Assembly (NCBI GenBank): GCA_004022145.1
Contig: RCNU01000001.1
Source of the DNA: Paecilomyces variotii
Lineage: Eukaryota
Direction: 5' to 3' (one strand)
Length of the DNA: 64,000 nt
Part shown: positions 28,718 to 42,005 of the stretch, in pieces
Position numbering within the stretch: position 1 is the stretch's first letter
How the letters are laid out: each line of letters starts with the position of its first letter
Made by a program: the position numbers and the translations under genes
Notes under the pieces: model-generated
Database searches by the model: none
What the model was told of the DNA's origin: nothing
Seen by the model: only the letters and a program-made list of their open reading frames with translations

Positions 28718-30298
28718 ATGCAACTCATAATGCTTATGAGCAACCTTCCTTCTCTATGCCGCACTGCTGCGGTCGGCGCCTTGATTCTTTCTAGAGTCGC
28801 GGAGGGATTGCCCCATGGCCTCTTTGACAGAGCAAACGATCATGCATCTCATAACTCGCATTGGGTGGATATCTGGACGTCTATGCCACAGTTGACGGAA
28901 CCAGCTAACTTGCCTGATCCTCCGTTTGTGAGTACTCGCCGTCTGCTGATTAGCTCATGTGTTGACTTGAGGTATAGAATGGAACAAGCACTGTATTCTT
29001 CAACTCCACCATAAGACAAACCATTCATAGCTCCATTGGCGCGGATCTCATCCGCATACGCATCTCGAATGCTTTCGGCATAGACGACCTTACAATAACC
29101 AATGTAACTGTGGGCTTGCCAGCGGGAGGTAGAGCAGGTAGCAGTGCCATTGAGCCCGAGACGCTCAAGATAGTCACTTTCGATGGGCAGCCGGGAATTA
29201 TCATTCCAGATGCTGGTCTCGTCGTGTCAGATCCGCTGGAGTTCAGAGTCGAGCCGCAATCGATGCTTACTGTCAGCATATACCTTGAACAAGGACAACA
29301 AGGAGGCCACATCACCTCACATCCAGGTAGTCGCACGACTTCGTGGATGGCGTTCGGTAATCAGGTAGACGCTGCGAATATTACGGGCCCTTCAGTACAG
29401 AGTGTTGAGCACTGGTGAGGAGATATCCGTGATACTTGAGAAAATAATCTCTTTTAGCTGATGAAAAGAATCATCATCATCATAGGTATTTCCTCAGTGC
29501 CATTGAGGGATGGGTTTCGCAAGAATCGAGCGGGTTTGCTATCATAGGAGACAGTATCACTGATGGTCGTGGTAGCGATACCAACATGAACAACCGGTAC
29601 GCGTGTTTCTTTCCTCACTGGGATATTATATCGCCTTTCTAGCGCTCGGTGATTAATAGATATCATAACAAGATTGGCTGACCATACGCAGCTGGCCTGA
29701 CCTTGTACTCGCAAAGATGCAGAGCAACCCAAGTACATCGTCCATAGCAGTGCTCAACCAGGCAGCAGGAGGGAACCGCATCCTGCATGATGGCCTCGGA
29801 CCAAACGTAATCAGCCGAGTCGACCGAGATGTTCTTGCGCAATCCGGTATCAAGTATGCGATGATCTTCGAAGGCGTCAACGACATCGGCGTCGCGGACG
29901 CGGACCCAGTCAATCAAACGCTCATTGGCGATCGGCTCATTGGCGCGTATGAACAAATCGCTGCTCGCGTCCATGTGTTCGAAATACCAATCTTCGCAGC
30001 CACAATCACCCCTTTCGGAACACCCGCGAACTCATCCGTGATACAGCCCTATTCGAGCCCGGTGCGCGAACAGACAAGGCAGCGCCTAAACGCATGGATC
30101 AGGAGCAGCGGCGTATTCGACGCGGTCATCGATTTCGATGAAATAGTACGAGATCCCAACAACCCCTCGCAGCTCGCTCCTTGGTATGACTCTGGAGACC
30201 ACCTTCATCCCAATGTCGCCGGATATCAAGCAATCGCAGATGCATTCCCTCTTTCTCTGTTTTCCCGCTTCGCAGACGGTGTGGATAGACTTACATAG
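28718..30298 (+). CDS. Secreted SGNH/GDSL-like esterase/lipase, 4 exons (start ATG 28718 or 28736)
   Basis: Blocks IIGDSITDGRG, QAAGGNR, EGVND, GDHLHP; signal-peptide-like N-terminus. Confidence 0.92.
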
Positions 30299-31070
30299 TC
30301 CCGCTATCTATGGTAGAGCTGACGATACACCTCACACTAAATATAGCTCTCATCGCCAAGCTTGCTATATTTACCCCTAGACTAGTGCCGGGAATCTCCG
30401 CGCTAAGATGAAGATCTACCCCTGGGCCGTACCAAGTTGCCTTAAAAGTTATAGCCATCCAGAGCACTTATGCGGGCATATTTTCGACATAACTATCCTA
30501 CTTTCGTATTAGCTATAGTTCTAAAGGTCAATTATTGAAAGGAGCTTGTTTTGTTTATTTGAAAATGATGTTCCTGCTTCATGCCGGGAAAAAGCTAAAC
30601 CAAAATAAGCCCCAACCAATAGATGAAACCTTTTCTAGTATCTCCTAAGTATATCTAGATACTCAATTCCCATTGGATTAATCCCAAGGTATAACTATCC
30701 CGGTCATGTCCCGAAGGAAACTTAATCCGACTACGGAGTATCTACAATGAATGTTTTGATCCCTCAAATATGCTCTAGAGAGGCACAATATGGTTTAAAT
30801 GGTCGACCAAGCATTGATTTGATAAAACTATTAGAGTAAAAAGTTCAGCCCGAACATAATAGTTCGAACCAATATCGAATAATACAAAGAGTGATAGCAG
30901 TTGGACGCAGGACATAAAGAAATGAAAGCCTGTTTCCTTCACAGTACTCGATGAACAGCCGGCTTATCTCACTCGATCAGACAATGCTAGCTGACTATCT
31001 CGAGAGATTTCCCTTTCTTCAAGACTGTAGGATCGGTGCTAGATGTAGAACCCGCTTATGCCGCAACCCT

Positions 31071-31816
31071 TTAGTTCTGAGTGGCAGGGGGAGGGGGGGG
31101 TGCCTTTCCGTTAGGCTTCTGAGGGGGAGGAGCCTGTCCATCATCACCGCGCTTGTTGGGGGGGTTCTTAGAAGGAGGGCTCTGAGGAGGCTGAGGCTTT
31201 GGTGGAGGGGCCTTTCCATCATCGCCACGCTTCTCAGGGGGGTGATGAGGAGGAGGGCCCTGGGGAGGCGGCGGGTTTCCATCATCACGCTTCTGAGGGG
31301 GCGCAGGCTTCTTCGGCTCAGGCTTCTTCGGTGGTGGAGGCGCCTTGTTGTCATCACGCTTCTCAGGCGGGTGGTGAGGAGGAGGTCCCTGAGGAGGAGG
31401 CGGGTTTCCATCATCACGCTTCTGAGGGGGCGCAGGCTTCTTCGGCTCAGGCTTCTTTGGTGGAGGCGCTTTATTGTCGTCACGCTTCTCAGGCGGGTGG
31501 TGAGGAGGAGGTCCCTGAGGAGGAGGCGGGTTTCCATCATCACGCTTCTGAGGGGGCGCAGGCTTCTTCGGCTCAGGCTTCTTTGGTGGAGGCGCTTTGT
31601 TGTCGTCACGCTTCTCAGGCGGGTGGTGAGGAGGAGGTCCCTGAGGAGGAGGCGAGGGGCCATCACGCGTGATGAGGCCGTTGTCTGATACAGTCAGTAA
31701 CTGATTTTTCTCAAGATATGCATTCAGGAGAAGAACATACCGCTGTCGACCGGGAGAGCCGCTCCAACGGCCAGACCGGCCACCATAAAGCCGGAGATGA
31801 GGGCGGAGACCTTCAT
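31071..31816 (-). CDS. Secreted Kex2-processed repeat protein (KEP), Pro-rich, ~229 aa, 2 exons (31816-31741, 31684-31071)
   Basis: Signal peptide MKVSALISGFMVAGLAVGAALP; intron 31685-31740 (GTATGT..CTGAC..CAG); eight KR-terminated repeat units; TATAAA upstream on the minus strand near 31925. Confidence 0.85.
31220..31660 (-). repeat. Coding tandem repeat, ~126-bp unit (peptide A + peptide B), ~3.5 copies
   Basis: Near-identical repeats encoding DDGNPPPPQGPPPHHPPEKR and DDNKAPPPKKPEPKKPAPPQKR. Confidence 0.93.
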
Positions 31817-34555
31817 TTTGAAACGAGTACTGGTGGTTGAATAGAACGATTGTCTTTTGCTCTTGAGCGAATGTTCTTGTCTGATGGAGAGAAGCAGGAT
31901 TATGGAGGGATTCGAGGCCCTCTTTATAGCATCGATCTCGAGAGCTATCCCGTTTCAAGATCTCAAGTCCAGACTCAATTTCCCGCCTTTCCACAATATT
32001 GAATGCAGCTATGACACTCCAGCATCACCTCTACCGGGATGCTGTCGTCAGTGTTCCCACACCTGCGGGATCCGCATGGCATCCATGCCCTAAAGGTCTG
32101 GAAGCTCTCTCATACTTGACGGGATACAGCTTAGAAGGACCAATTTCTAGCATTGCGAAACTGTGGATTTCCACTCGCTGTCGATCCGGAGTTGACGTTC
32201 GTTCTTTTTGTCCCAAACATGGCTAAGCTCCGACAAGTTATCCATATTGGGGAGTCTCAGCCACAACTATAAATTCCTCCCCTGTTTTGTTTACCTGTAT
32301 GTACAATGGTCAGCTCTAAAGCCCCGAGGTATATTCAGGTTTCTTCAGGGGAAAGAACTCAACATAGTATGGTCTCCGGCGTAATGAAAGCTTCCCATTT
32401 GACAACATGAATTCGCGCTCAACAGTGCTAGCTACTCATGAAGTGAGCATCTGAATAAGGCCCAGAGCTCTTTCAACGTCAGAGGGTGAAGAGTAGTCGG
32501 ACTTTTGTAGATCCGACACTGATCTGGGTAGGTCAGAACGAGATGCCCGAGTTGGCAGTTCTGGAGATTCAATAACGTCCCCACGATGGAGATTGCGAAA
32601 GCTGTCCTACAGAGCACGTCCATCTGGGGGTGTGTATGAGAGGCTGCCAGGGCGCTTCCCTCCACTTTCGCTGCTAACGTGCTGGATTCCGACACGCGGC
32701 TACTTGTCGATCATTTCCCGCTCCCCCTTCTTAGAGTTATCTTAGTTTCCGTTTAAGCACTGTTAAGGTCTCGATAGCGCCGATCATTTCAGCCGAAGGA
32801 TATCATGGTCACGACATTGGCAGACGCAAGCTGGGGATTTTGGATTACGCATCAATTGGGTCGCGACATCCCTCATGCTCCGAACGTGAGATGATGGCTT
32901 TCGGGACTGCGCAAATAGTCATTGTTTGAGCAGGTATTGTGTTGACACGTCCGAAAATAGACTGCTCCCAAGGTCACAGATGACGAGGCCCTCGCAATGA
33001 TAGGTAGAGCTGCATTCCAGTTCCGTACAACGTCCTCCTGCATCGACCGTCTTCTCGTCTTCTTTGAGAACAGTTCGAGAAACAGGGGTCTGCAGTAGGA
33101 GCTAACCTTAGACAGCAAGTAGTGTCTCCATTGCTTGGGAAGCTCGTCTCAGAAGATCTTGGGCGTCAGTAACACTATCCTAGATCTGTAAGGAGAGCTC
33201 TCGAGAGAGATGTGTTGATACTCCAACCTGGTTGGCCATCTCCAGCACACTGAGACAGTACGTGGAAGACATTATTAGCTCTCCTTGCTGATGCTGATGC
33301 TGCCACTGCCCGTTTGGTGACACGAAGCAGTAAGCCTCTGCATACGAGCACGCTAAACTAGGACAATATCCGGATGGATGATGCTTTGGGTTATTGATTC
33401 GGTCAGGTCACTGGTTCTAGGCCCGATAGCTATGTCAAAGAATTATGTCAAAGAAATGGTTCTTTGGCCAAACCATTTCTCCTTGCCATTATAATCTTGC
33501 CATTATTATGTGCCGAATAGGTGACATGTCGTGATGACCCTCGTCAATCGCATGACCGGAAATTGACCGGTTGGCGCCTTGACCGAGATTTCGCACTTCT
33601 CCACAAACCTGTGTTTCTCTGTAAGAGTGCTCTTTTGTACTCGTACAGAAATTCCTCATCAAGTTCTCAATAGCATTTCCCCCTTACACAAGCTTCCGAA
33701 ACACCCGAGGCAAACCCCAGCATAGGGCAGATCTCGAAGAGCTGGCTTTGATGGTCTCAAGCCTTCGAGACAGACATTTCGAAGACGAGTACCACTAGAC
33801 CACGAGTCCACGAGCACAAAGGGACTTGAATAGCTGGTTGTGGAAACAGACAACTATCGCAAGACACATGCAGAGGACACGGCGGAATCGGTGAGTGCCG
33901 GCCCGCGGGAACGAGTCCGCATTGTTTTCCCAAAAGTGCCTTTTCCGCGTTTTGAGGAATTCGACCCTTCAAGCGTCAGTCACCTTCCGGAAGCTCCTCT
34001 GCTTTTTGGGTGATGATAATTACTTACGACCAGAATCTATTTTCTGATATGGAACGGTACTTGCAGTTATGATTTGCATCAAGTGTCCCTGATAATGAAC
34101 AGCGGTTTGTGCAGTCAGTGACCTGTTGTCATGGAAGCTCGCACAGTATTGTCAGGCGCGCGATATGGTATCATTTCTTTATCACCAGGATCTCGTTAAC
34201 AGCATCTGTATTCTATCGTTCCGGATACGGACTTATTGCCTCGTCGTTACTGTACGCTCGAGATACCGTTCCAAGTGAGAATCAAATATTTCCTGTGGCA
34301 TTGAAGAAGCAGAGTTTATTATGTACTAACATAGACATAAAGTATAATATATATAGACACGATCAAAGAAATTATATCCTACTCCTCGTCGTATCCCATG
34401 ATAGTCTACCCGTAAACTCAGTGGCCACCCACTCGAGCTCCGTGTCGAATGTGGTGTTTAGGCGGTGACGCGCATCGAGAAGAAACGGTTTCCCCCATCG
34501 ATCAATCCCAGGTTCGACAGTTACCGACGGTGATGCATGGACAAGGCTAGCCTTT

Positions 34556-35017
34556 CTATCTCCTGAGGCCAGGCACGGCAGTGTTGCTTGCGTTTCGAGG
34601 AATGAGGTCGAATGTCTTCAAGAACTCGTTCAGCAGGTCGGTAGTGGTCAGAGCGACCCCTTCTCCCACGGTTTCCAGGAGACAGGCAGCAACGAAAGTT
34701 GCGTTGATTCCAATTCCCAAAAGGTCGGGCGCCCACTTGGATGGGTCACCCCACCAGATGACCTCCCAGTGGATTTCATCGATGAGCTTGTTGAAGCTGA
34801 GGTCGGACAGCCCTCCAAGCTCGCCCACGATGCGGTCGCTGACGGGCCAGAGACACTGGACGAAAGCGTCAACGGGTGAGTTGTCGTTGGCAATGGGCTC
34901 TGCAAGGTTTGGCTTGTGAGAGGTAGTAACCGTCGCGCTCGAGGTTGTCGTGGTAGCTTCTGGAGCGGCAAAGGACGAGGCGATGAGCCCCATAAGGGCA
35001 AAGGAGAAAAACTTCAT
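34556..35017 (-). CDS. Small secreted protein of unknown function (153 aa, Thr-rich linker, 2 Cys)
   Basis: Signal peptide MKFFSFALMGLIASSFA, CAAAATG start context, coding-like codon usage, TATA-like element (CATATAAAG on minus) near 35170. Confidence 0.75.
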   Translation of the reverse strand: MKFFSFALMGLIASSFAAPEATTTTSSATVTTSHKPNLAEPIANDNSPVDAFVQCLWPVSDRIVGELGGLSDLSFNKLIDEIHWEVIWWGDPSKWAPDLLGIGINATFVAACLLETVGEGVALTTTDLLNEFLKTFDLIPRNASNTAVPGLRR

Positions 35018-35103
35018 TTTGATGAACAGCTAGCTCGATGGCTTGATCGTCGAAACGAAGGAATTGACAGCTGTCAGCTGCCTGGTTTTGAGGAATGAGC
35101 GAC

Positions 35104-35150
35104 TGAGCTGAGCTGAGCTGATCGGAGTGAGAAACGAAACGAAACGAAAC
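35104..35150. repeat. Pentanucleotide microsatellites (CTGAG)n and (GAAAC)n upstream of the small secreted protein gene
   Basis: ctgagctgagctgagctga and gaaacgaaacgaaacgaaac visible directly. Confidence 0.8.
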
Positions 35151-37297
35151 TACGGATCCAAAGCTCCCTTTATATGCATTTCATCCAGAGAGGCACGAGA
35201 AATTGGGTGGGACATGGTTACATTGTGGTAAGCAGCCTTCCAGTAACGGAGATCTGCCCGAAGGGAACTACGCATGATATTGAGATCGGCACATACTAGA
35301 TCACCAATTCTTTGCTGCAGTTATTGGGCTGTATGGCCGGCACCCGATAGCCTAATTCAAGTCTGAGAGATGGCCGAAGTATATTCCTTCAGGAACCAAG
35401 CATGTTGCATGTGAAAGTCTACCTACAACAGACCATGATCAGTTCTTTTTTACCCGATGCATAATAGTCATTCATAAGATCTGGGATCTTCAAACAATCA
35501 GACCATGATTCTTTCAAGAAATAAGCATATACAATCGCAGAAGGTGTTATCTGTACGGTTATCAATCTCGGAATTTACCGGCACCTATCCATTCTTCGCA
35601 ACCTCAATTGCACTTCTCGGGTGTAGATATAGCGAGGAGAAAAGCACGGAATTCCTGCAGCCCATGAGACCTTTGGATATCGAGCTGCGTTTCCTCCGTT
35701 TTTCGGACGCAATCCTGCGGCGCAGTATACTTGATCCGGTCAAAGAGAACGTTCCATAGCGTGATATCTGCACTATGACAGGAAATGCATAGCGATTGCC
35801 TCCCTTTGCCCTTCGACTGAGCCGGAAATGACCTCCGCCCGTGGAGAGATGAATGGTCCAAAGGGACGGCAGTGTGCGGACGATGTTGTTAAGAACCCTG
35901 TCAACCGTGAACGGGCAGCTTTCTGGTTCGTCGGTACCTGTTCGATATCCCCACTGATCAACAGCACTGATTATCAGATAAAAATCGGCCCCATCCCATC
36001 CATGACGGAGAAAAAGGGTCAATAATTTCTCTCGTCCCGGAATCTTATCTGATCCAGTCCAGCCCCAGCAAGGAAGTTCCCCCGTCCAAGACGGTGGGCT
36101 CTAGTGGGATGATCGTCTCTGTGAAAGACAAAAGGCTCTATTTTTCAGCCTGGGTCATTAACCGGGACGGGATTCCTGCATCGGAGCTGCGCTTAAACAG
36201 GTACAGTTCCAAGCTGTTCCTATGCGCGTGTCAACCATGAGCCGGTGGATCGTGACGGCAACTAAGAACGACAAGTCATACCATCATGAAATAACCTTCC
36301 AAAGACAAGGTAGAGTTGAATATCTTTCGTCCGTAAGCCAGGTGAATACGTGTCGGCTATCTATGTTAGCTGATTGAACTACATACTTGCATGGATCTAC
36401 GAGAAGTTCCCTGATGCCAAAAAAACCCAAGATACACAATCAAGGCCAATTCAGATACTGGAATAAGCAATGCCATTTAACCTCCACATACTCTACTTAC
36501 ATACAGCGGAATCACTTCGTTCTTAAGGTCATTGCATGTCTTAAGCGAGGACACTCCACCACCCCATATCTGCACAAGGTCCTTCATCACTAGAGCAGAG
36601 CAGCTCATTATTCGCAAAGATGCAGGTAAAATAAGCGATCGCGCCCACAATTTGCCAAGACACGGTGCAATATGGGATCCACGCCTTCCCTTGGCTTCCG
36701 CGAACGTGCTGCGAACAAACCTCATGCTAACGGTTGATCAAGCCACGGCACGGGGAAGACCGAGCGGATCGTCACTATTTTCAACCATAATAAGACGCCA
36801 TCCGACATCGAGATCCACCGCTATTCATTTACTGTCATCCGCTTCGAGAAACTACTCCGAACCCGTTCTACACGTAGAGTATAGAGACGGTTCACAATAA
36901 TTACATACCTGAGGGAACTTTATCGACCCGAGCCGGAGAGACGCAGTGTGCACTGTTTCCGAGTACCTACACGGGAGACTCCGATTCCGGCTTTGGACCG
37001 AATATTCAGCTTTCTATATAGCGATCATTTTTATGTAATTTTGTTAATTGGCGAATCTCTCTACCTAACGTTGCAGACGAGGGGAGTGGCAGCAGACCCA
37101 ACGAAAAAAGATAGTACACTGCCCGAAAGTGATACAGTTCGCATCATCTCCTGCCATTATTAAACCCTCGAGACTCATCTCAATCCAACCGACATATCCT
37201 AGATCCAAAGAAATCATCCTCTTTTTCACCTTATCCCAAAAGGCATCATCATATATACATTGGTGCGTAAGAGTCGTTGCATGCGATATTCAGTGCT

Positions 37298-39304
37298 CTA
37301 CTCTTGCACTATCTTTCTCTGCCGGAACTCGACCACCTGTTCCGGCATACAAGTAAACCTATCTCTCTTGATGTGGGTGGCACCGTCACCAGTGTTCAGC
37401 TCGAAGTGCTGCATAACAGCCACCAAGAACTGTTTTATGATCACGTTGGCGACGTTTTTGCCCAGGCACTTTCGCGGGCCCATTCCGTATCCCAGCATAC
37501 TATAACGGGCCTCTCGGCTAGTGATTTTATCCCATCGCTCTGGACGGAAGGAATAACCATCCTCTCCCCAGATGGGAGACGTTTTGTTGAGTCGCTGGGT
37601 ATCGATGATCACGGTAGTTCCGGCTGGAATGAGAAAGCCATCTATGCGTTTCTCTACGGCGGTTGTCTCGGGGAGAGAGAACCCTGAGGCGTCGATTATC
37701 AGCAGCGATTAGAATGGTACAGACTCCCAAGGTATACTCACAGACTGGCGGGTTATTACGGAGAATCTCGAGGTAAGTCTTGTGAAGGAACGTGTCTTCT
37801 CTTCTGACAAACTCTGCGATCTTCGTCTCGTCGCTTTCGATGGCTTTCACCTCCTCGTATAGACGCTGCTGGGAGTTCGGTGTCCGCCCTATATTGATCA
37901 ATGCGTACGCAAATTGAGCGGATGTGACATCAATGTTGGTGAAAAGGATCTCGTCCAGCGATTGTAGGAACTGACAACTAGTCAGTCGATGTCGGGAGAC
38001 AAATCCATCGGTTTTGGCTTACCATATCTGTGGTCATCTCACCGCGCTCAACGGCTTGGAACATCCGTTCTGCACGACAAGGCGTACCCGACTTTATATG
38101 AAATCAGCTGATAAGGCCCGGTGGTTGGAATCCGATGTTCACGCCTACCTTCCTTGCCTCCCCGATCACATCCAAGTTGAATTCTTTCCAACCATCCTCA
38201 TACGCGTGCAGTGCTCGGTTGGCAGCTGTAGGCAGGTAACGGTAAAACCGCATGTTCTCCCAGGTTCCGAAGAAGGTATGAGCAGTCACTTTCTCATGGA
38301 TCTTGTTCAAGTGCCACAATCTCTCAAAGACCTACAATAGAAGGAGCATCAGCTACCGTGCGAACTTCTGATATTCTCCCCATCCCAGGAGTGAATTTCT
38401 TACCTCGTCAGTAAGCATGTCACCGTACAGAGACATGGAAATCATACGGAAGGGCAGTTTTCTGCATGCCGCAACACTGTCTGCGAGGAAGGTACTCGGA
38501 GAAGTAGGTGTGGCTGCGGAGTCGCCGGGCAGCTTTGTTGCCCAGTCCGTAAGGGCCTTCTGGAACTCAAGGATCATCGAAGCTGCTTCTCCAGCCGAAA
38601 AATGAGCTTCGAGATGTCTGCGAGTTTTGTGCCATCTCTCTCCGTTCTGGACGCCAACACACTGGCCTAGACTCCTATGGATCAAATGCGCGTCAGCTCC
38701 CTCCCGATCAGAGTATGAGAGGAAAGGACACGGTTTCTATACCTTAGGAAATACTGGCCCATATTGGCATCCTGTTTCTTCTCATGGTCTAGGGGGGCGA
38801 AAATCAGCACCCCGTATCTCCAGGCTGCACTCAGAACTTACATCTAGCATCCTTTTCGAAGAAGTCGCGAACCTGATTAGGACTGAACAACACCAGTTCG
38901 ATCTTCGATTTGTTCTTGACAAGATACGGGTCTGGTCCGCTCTTTTGTTCTCCCTCTTGAGAGAGCTCCTTCCTGTGGGTCGAGAATAAGCTCACGATCC
39001 AGAGTGTCGGTACAACGCGGTCGGGATATGCTTACCCATGAGTGAAACGGAGATACCTAGTATCTTTGTCAAGGATCTTCATCTTTCTGCCATCGATATG
39101 CTTGTAGTGGAACGCGTTTGCCCTTTTTCTTGAATGCAAAACTGCAATGGCCCCAAGAATCAGGAGCAGCAGAGTGAACCGGATCTTCAAAATTGAGAAG
39201 ATCAAAGTGTACACGGGCGTCTGACTTGACAGTTCATCTTCATTTACTGTCGAATCTAGATAAGACACCACAGATACTCTGTCACTTGTTGATGTCAAAT
39301 TCAT
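37298..39304 (-). CDS. Cytochrome P450, GliC-like (diketopiperazine-modifying type), multi-exon
   Basis: N-terminal TM anchor, LGQCVGVQNGERW, atypical I-helix FLQSLDEILFTNIDVTS, EILR (ExxR), FRPERW, heme motif GYGMGPRKCLG. P450 identity is secure; the GliC-type assignment rests on recalled motifs. Confidence 0.88.
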
Positions 39305-40076
39305 TTTGGATTTTCTCGTCCAATGTCTGTTTAGAGCAAATGAAATTGGGTCTGCGAGGATGAACAGGAACGATCCCAGTCGAGGTTATAGAAAGCTGTA
39401 TAATTCATGTAAGACAAGGATCTACTGATACTGACCGTCAATATTAAGCACTGAATGCAGGGGATACCCTGCAGTTCATCAGAGAAGTGATCACTATGCT
39501 CACTGTTATTCGTAAGCAAGTATGACTCCGCAATGCTGAAGATGGCCACTCCCAAGTATCCACGACAAAACATCACGTTGAGATATCGAGAAGTTTCCGT
39601 GACCCGGCTCTTGTGTACCTAAAACCCTGTCGTGAGGCACACATACTAGGTAGATCCATTTAGCAGGACACATCTCCTCGGGGACCATCAAGGTTTGGTT
39701 GTGGCCTCAAAATGTGCTAGAATGGAACCCGCCATACTCTCCTAGTAATACGGTACCAATACAAGAGAGACGGGCTGTAGGCCTCCACTCCGCTATCTCA
39801 GGGCTGTCAACTTTAACAGAGAAACTGAAGAAGGAATCGACGTTGTGAAGCAGGGTGGCTGCATCGTGCAGTTGCCCGATTTCGGAGGATGTTAGAATAA
39901 GGTAAACATCAATGGTGATCATTTTTCTTTTTTCGTCCGTGCAATCTATGAGCATGACACACGGCTGAGAATCTTCATGATGGAGAAAGATTGATTAGGG
40001 CATGTTGACAGGACTCTCAGCCCCAAGTCCCTCTTAGCACGATTTAGTTCCACCCACCGGCTATTTTTTCAGTCTT

Positions 40077-40097
40077 GCCAAGGTAGGCTCCGCCAAG
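40077..40097. promoter_or_regulatory. Two closely spaced PacC-type GCCAAG sites in the divergent P450/O-methyltransferase promoter
   Basis: GCCAAG at 40077-40082 and 40092-40097 match the PacC consensus GCCARG; short motif, could be chance. Confidence 0.35.
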
Positions 40098-40406
40098 GAG
40101 GGGAGGCTCTCTACATGAGACTTATTGCGTCCGGAGATCGCCAGTTGGAGAATCCCGATCGGTCTTGAGATCACCAGAATGTAAAATGTGTGCGGGTTCT
40201 GATCCGCTTCAATGGGTCGTACTGTTGGTCACAGTTTGACCGTGTGGTGATTTGAGTTGTAGCCGTACGAATGCTCAAGGGACCACGATATTGAGTAGCA
40301 GATTTCTAGATAAACCAACGGAGTCGTCCTTTTGAGGGAGTTGAAGAGAAAAGCTTTCTTCCAGTCTTAAAATTCCTCCGTTGGTTGTTGATATCATTTC
40401 CGCATA

Positions 40407-42005
40407 ATGGCAACCGAGAAGAATCCAGTTCAAGAGCTCGAGCAGCTTCGAGACCTCATCAATTCTTCTATAGATATTATCAAGAAGAACGTTACTGAGA
40501 ATGGAGATCCTCCTCTGACATTGAAGACCAACGAACCCCATCCGATCTACAGCAGGAATGACCCCCATTTGGCACAAGCTCTGAGGACTGTTTCGTCCTC
40601 GGCGCAGATGCTCAGGGCTCTCCTTGATCCGAACACCTTCCTCAACGATATCATATACGGAGTAAGATACTTGGCTTTCGTAGAATAGTGGTCATAGTCG
40701 AGACTAATATCTTTGATTCAGTATCATGATGAGACCGCTCTTCTGGTCGCCTGTCAAGCGGATGTCCCCAACTTGATCGGCGACACCGACCGTCATATAG
40801 ACGAAATTGCTGCTCAGGCGGGTTTGAATGCTGACAAACTCGGCCGTTTCTTGAGGAACCTGTGCAACTCATACATCTTCGAAGAGACAGCACCGAACAG
40901 GTTTGCTAACAATGCACTCTCTGCGAGGTTCAAACCTGAAGGAAAGAGAGCAATTGTCGGGCATTGGTATGTCTGCCAGCGGGGATATAACCACAGGGGC
41001 GATACTGATAATGCTATTCCAGCGCCGACGAAGCTCGCGTTTCCTCATGCAAGTCATGGGAAGCACTTACCCTTCCTGAGTACAAGGACTCCACGGAAGC
41101 AAACAAGGCTCCTTTCAACATTGCCTACAATACGTCGCTCACATACTTCCAGTATGTTGCGACTGAAAGACAGGATATAGGAATAAGGGCGAAGAAGGCC
41201 ATGGCCGGGAAAGGATTCAATCTTGGTCAATACCTCAGCTGTAAGTCGACCTAGCGTCTCTTTACCGAAAAAGGAGACAATTGACGACGAGATTGCAGTG
41301 TACCCCTGGGGATCTCAGAAAGGCGCCAAAATCGTAGATGTCGGGGGTGGAATTGGGGCCGCGACGTTCCCCATCCTTCAAGCCAACCCGGACCTACGAC
41401 TGACGGTGCAGGATATTCCGGATACTGGACCTGAGTTCCAAAAGGTAACTGCATGACTCCCGTGGACCTGGTATCCTTCCCTGCATGAGGACCAAAATAT
41501 TAACTTCGACTCGTTACTTTAGAACCTTGAACAAAACTTCCCTGACATCTTGAAGTCGGGTCGTGCGGAGTTCATGGAACTGGACTTCTTCAAGTCCGCC
41601 CCTGTTAAGGGTGCGGATATCTACTTCCTGCGCCATGTCATTCACGACTGGCCGGACGCAGAAGCCATCAAGATCCTTAGTGGCTGTACTTCCTCGATGT
41701 CTGCACAGAGCAAGCTGCTAATTTGTGAGCACGTTGTCTGTCCCACATATCGGTCCGCAGATGACAGCACCACAGCCGAGAAAGGATCTAACAGCGAGCC
41801 ACACTTCGTAGCACCTGAGCCGTTGTTGGCAAACTGGGGAGACGCACCCACCAGCAGGCTAGATCTGCAGGTATACACATGTTTGAACGCCAAGCAGCGG
41901 ACGAAGCTTGAATATCAGGCTCTAGTCCAGCAGGCAGGCCTGAAACTGGTCAAAGTGTGGCGCAACTTGGGAGATGAGACCATCCTTGAATGTCTGCTTC
42001 GCTGA
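40407..42005 (+). CDS. SAM-dependent O-methyltransferase (Methyltransf_2, fungal secondary-metabolite type), ~5 exons
   Basis: N-terminal dimerisation region (RFLRNLCNSYIFEETAPNRFANN), IVDVGGGIG SAM motif, LTVQD, DFFKSAPVKGADIYFLRHVIHDWPD, NAKQRT. Confidence 0.93.

Noticed and set aside
30951..31688. 245-aa Arg/Leu/Trp-rich repeat ORF on + (looks like a cationic peptide polymer), plus ORFs 31199-31672 and 31019-31666
   Set aside because: Antisense and alternative-frame shadows of the low-complexity KEP repeat. Only the Pro-rich minus frame has a signal-peptide exon, a proper intron and an upstream TATA.
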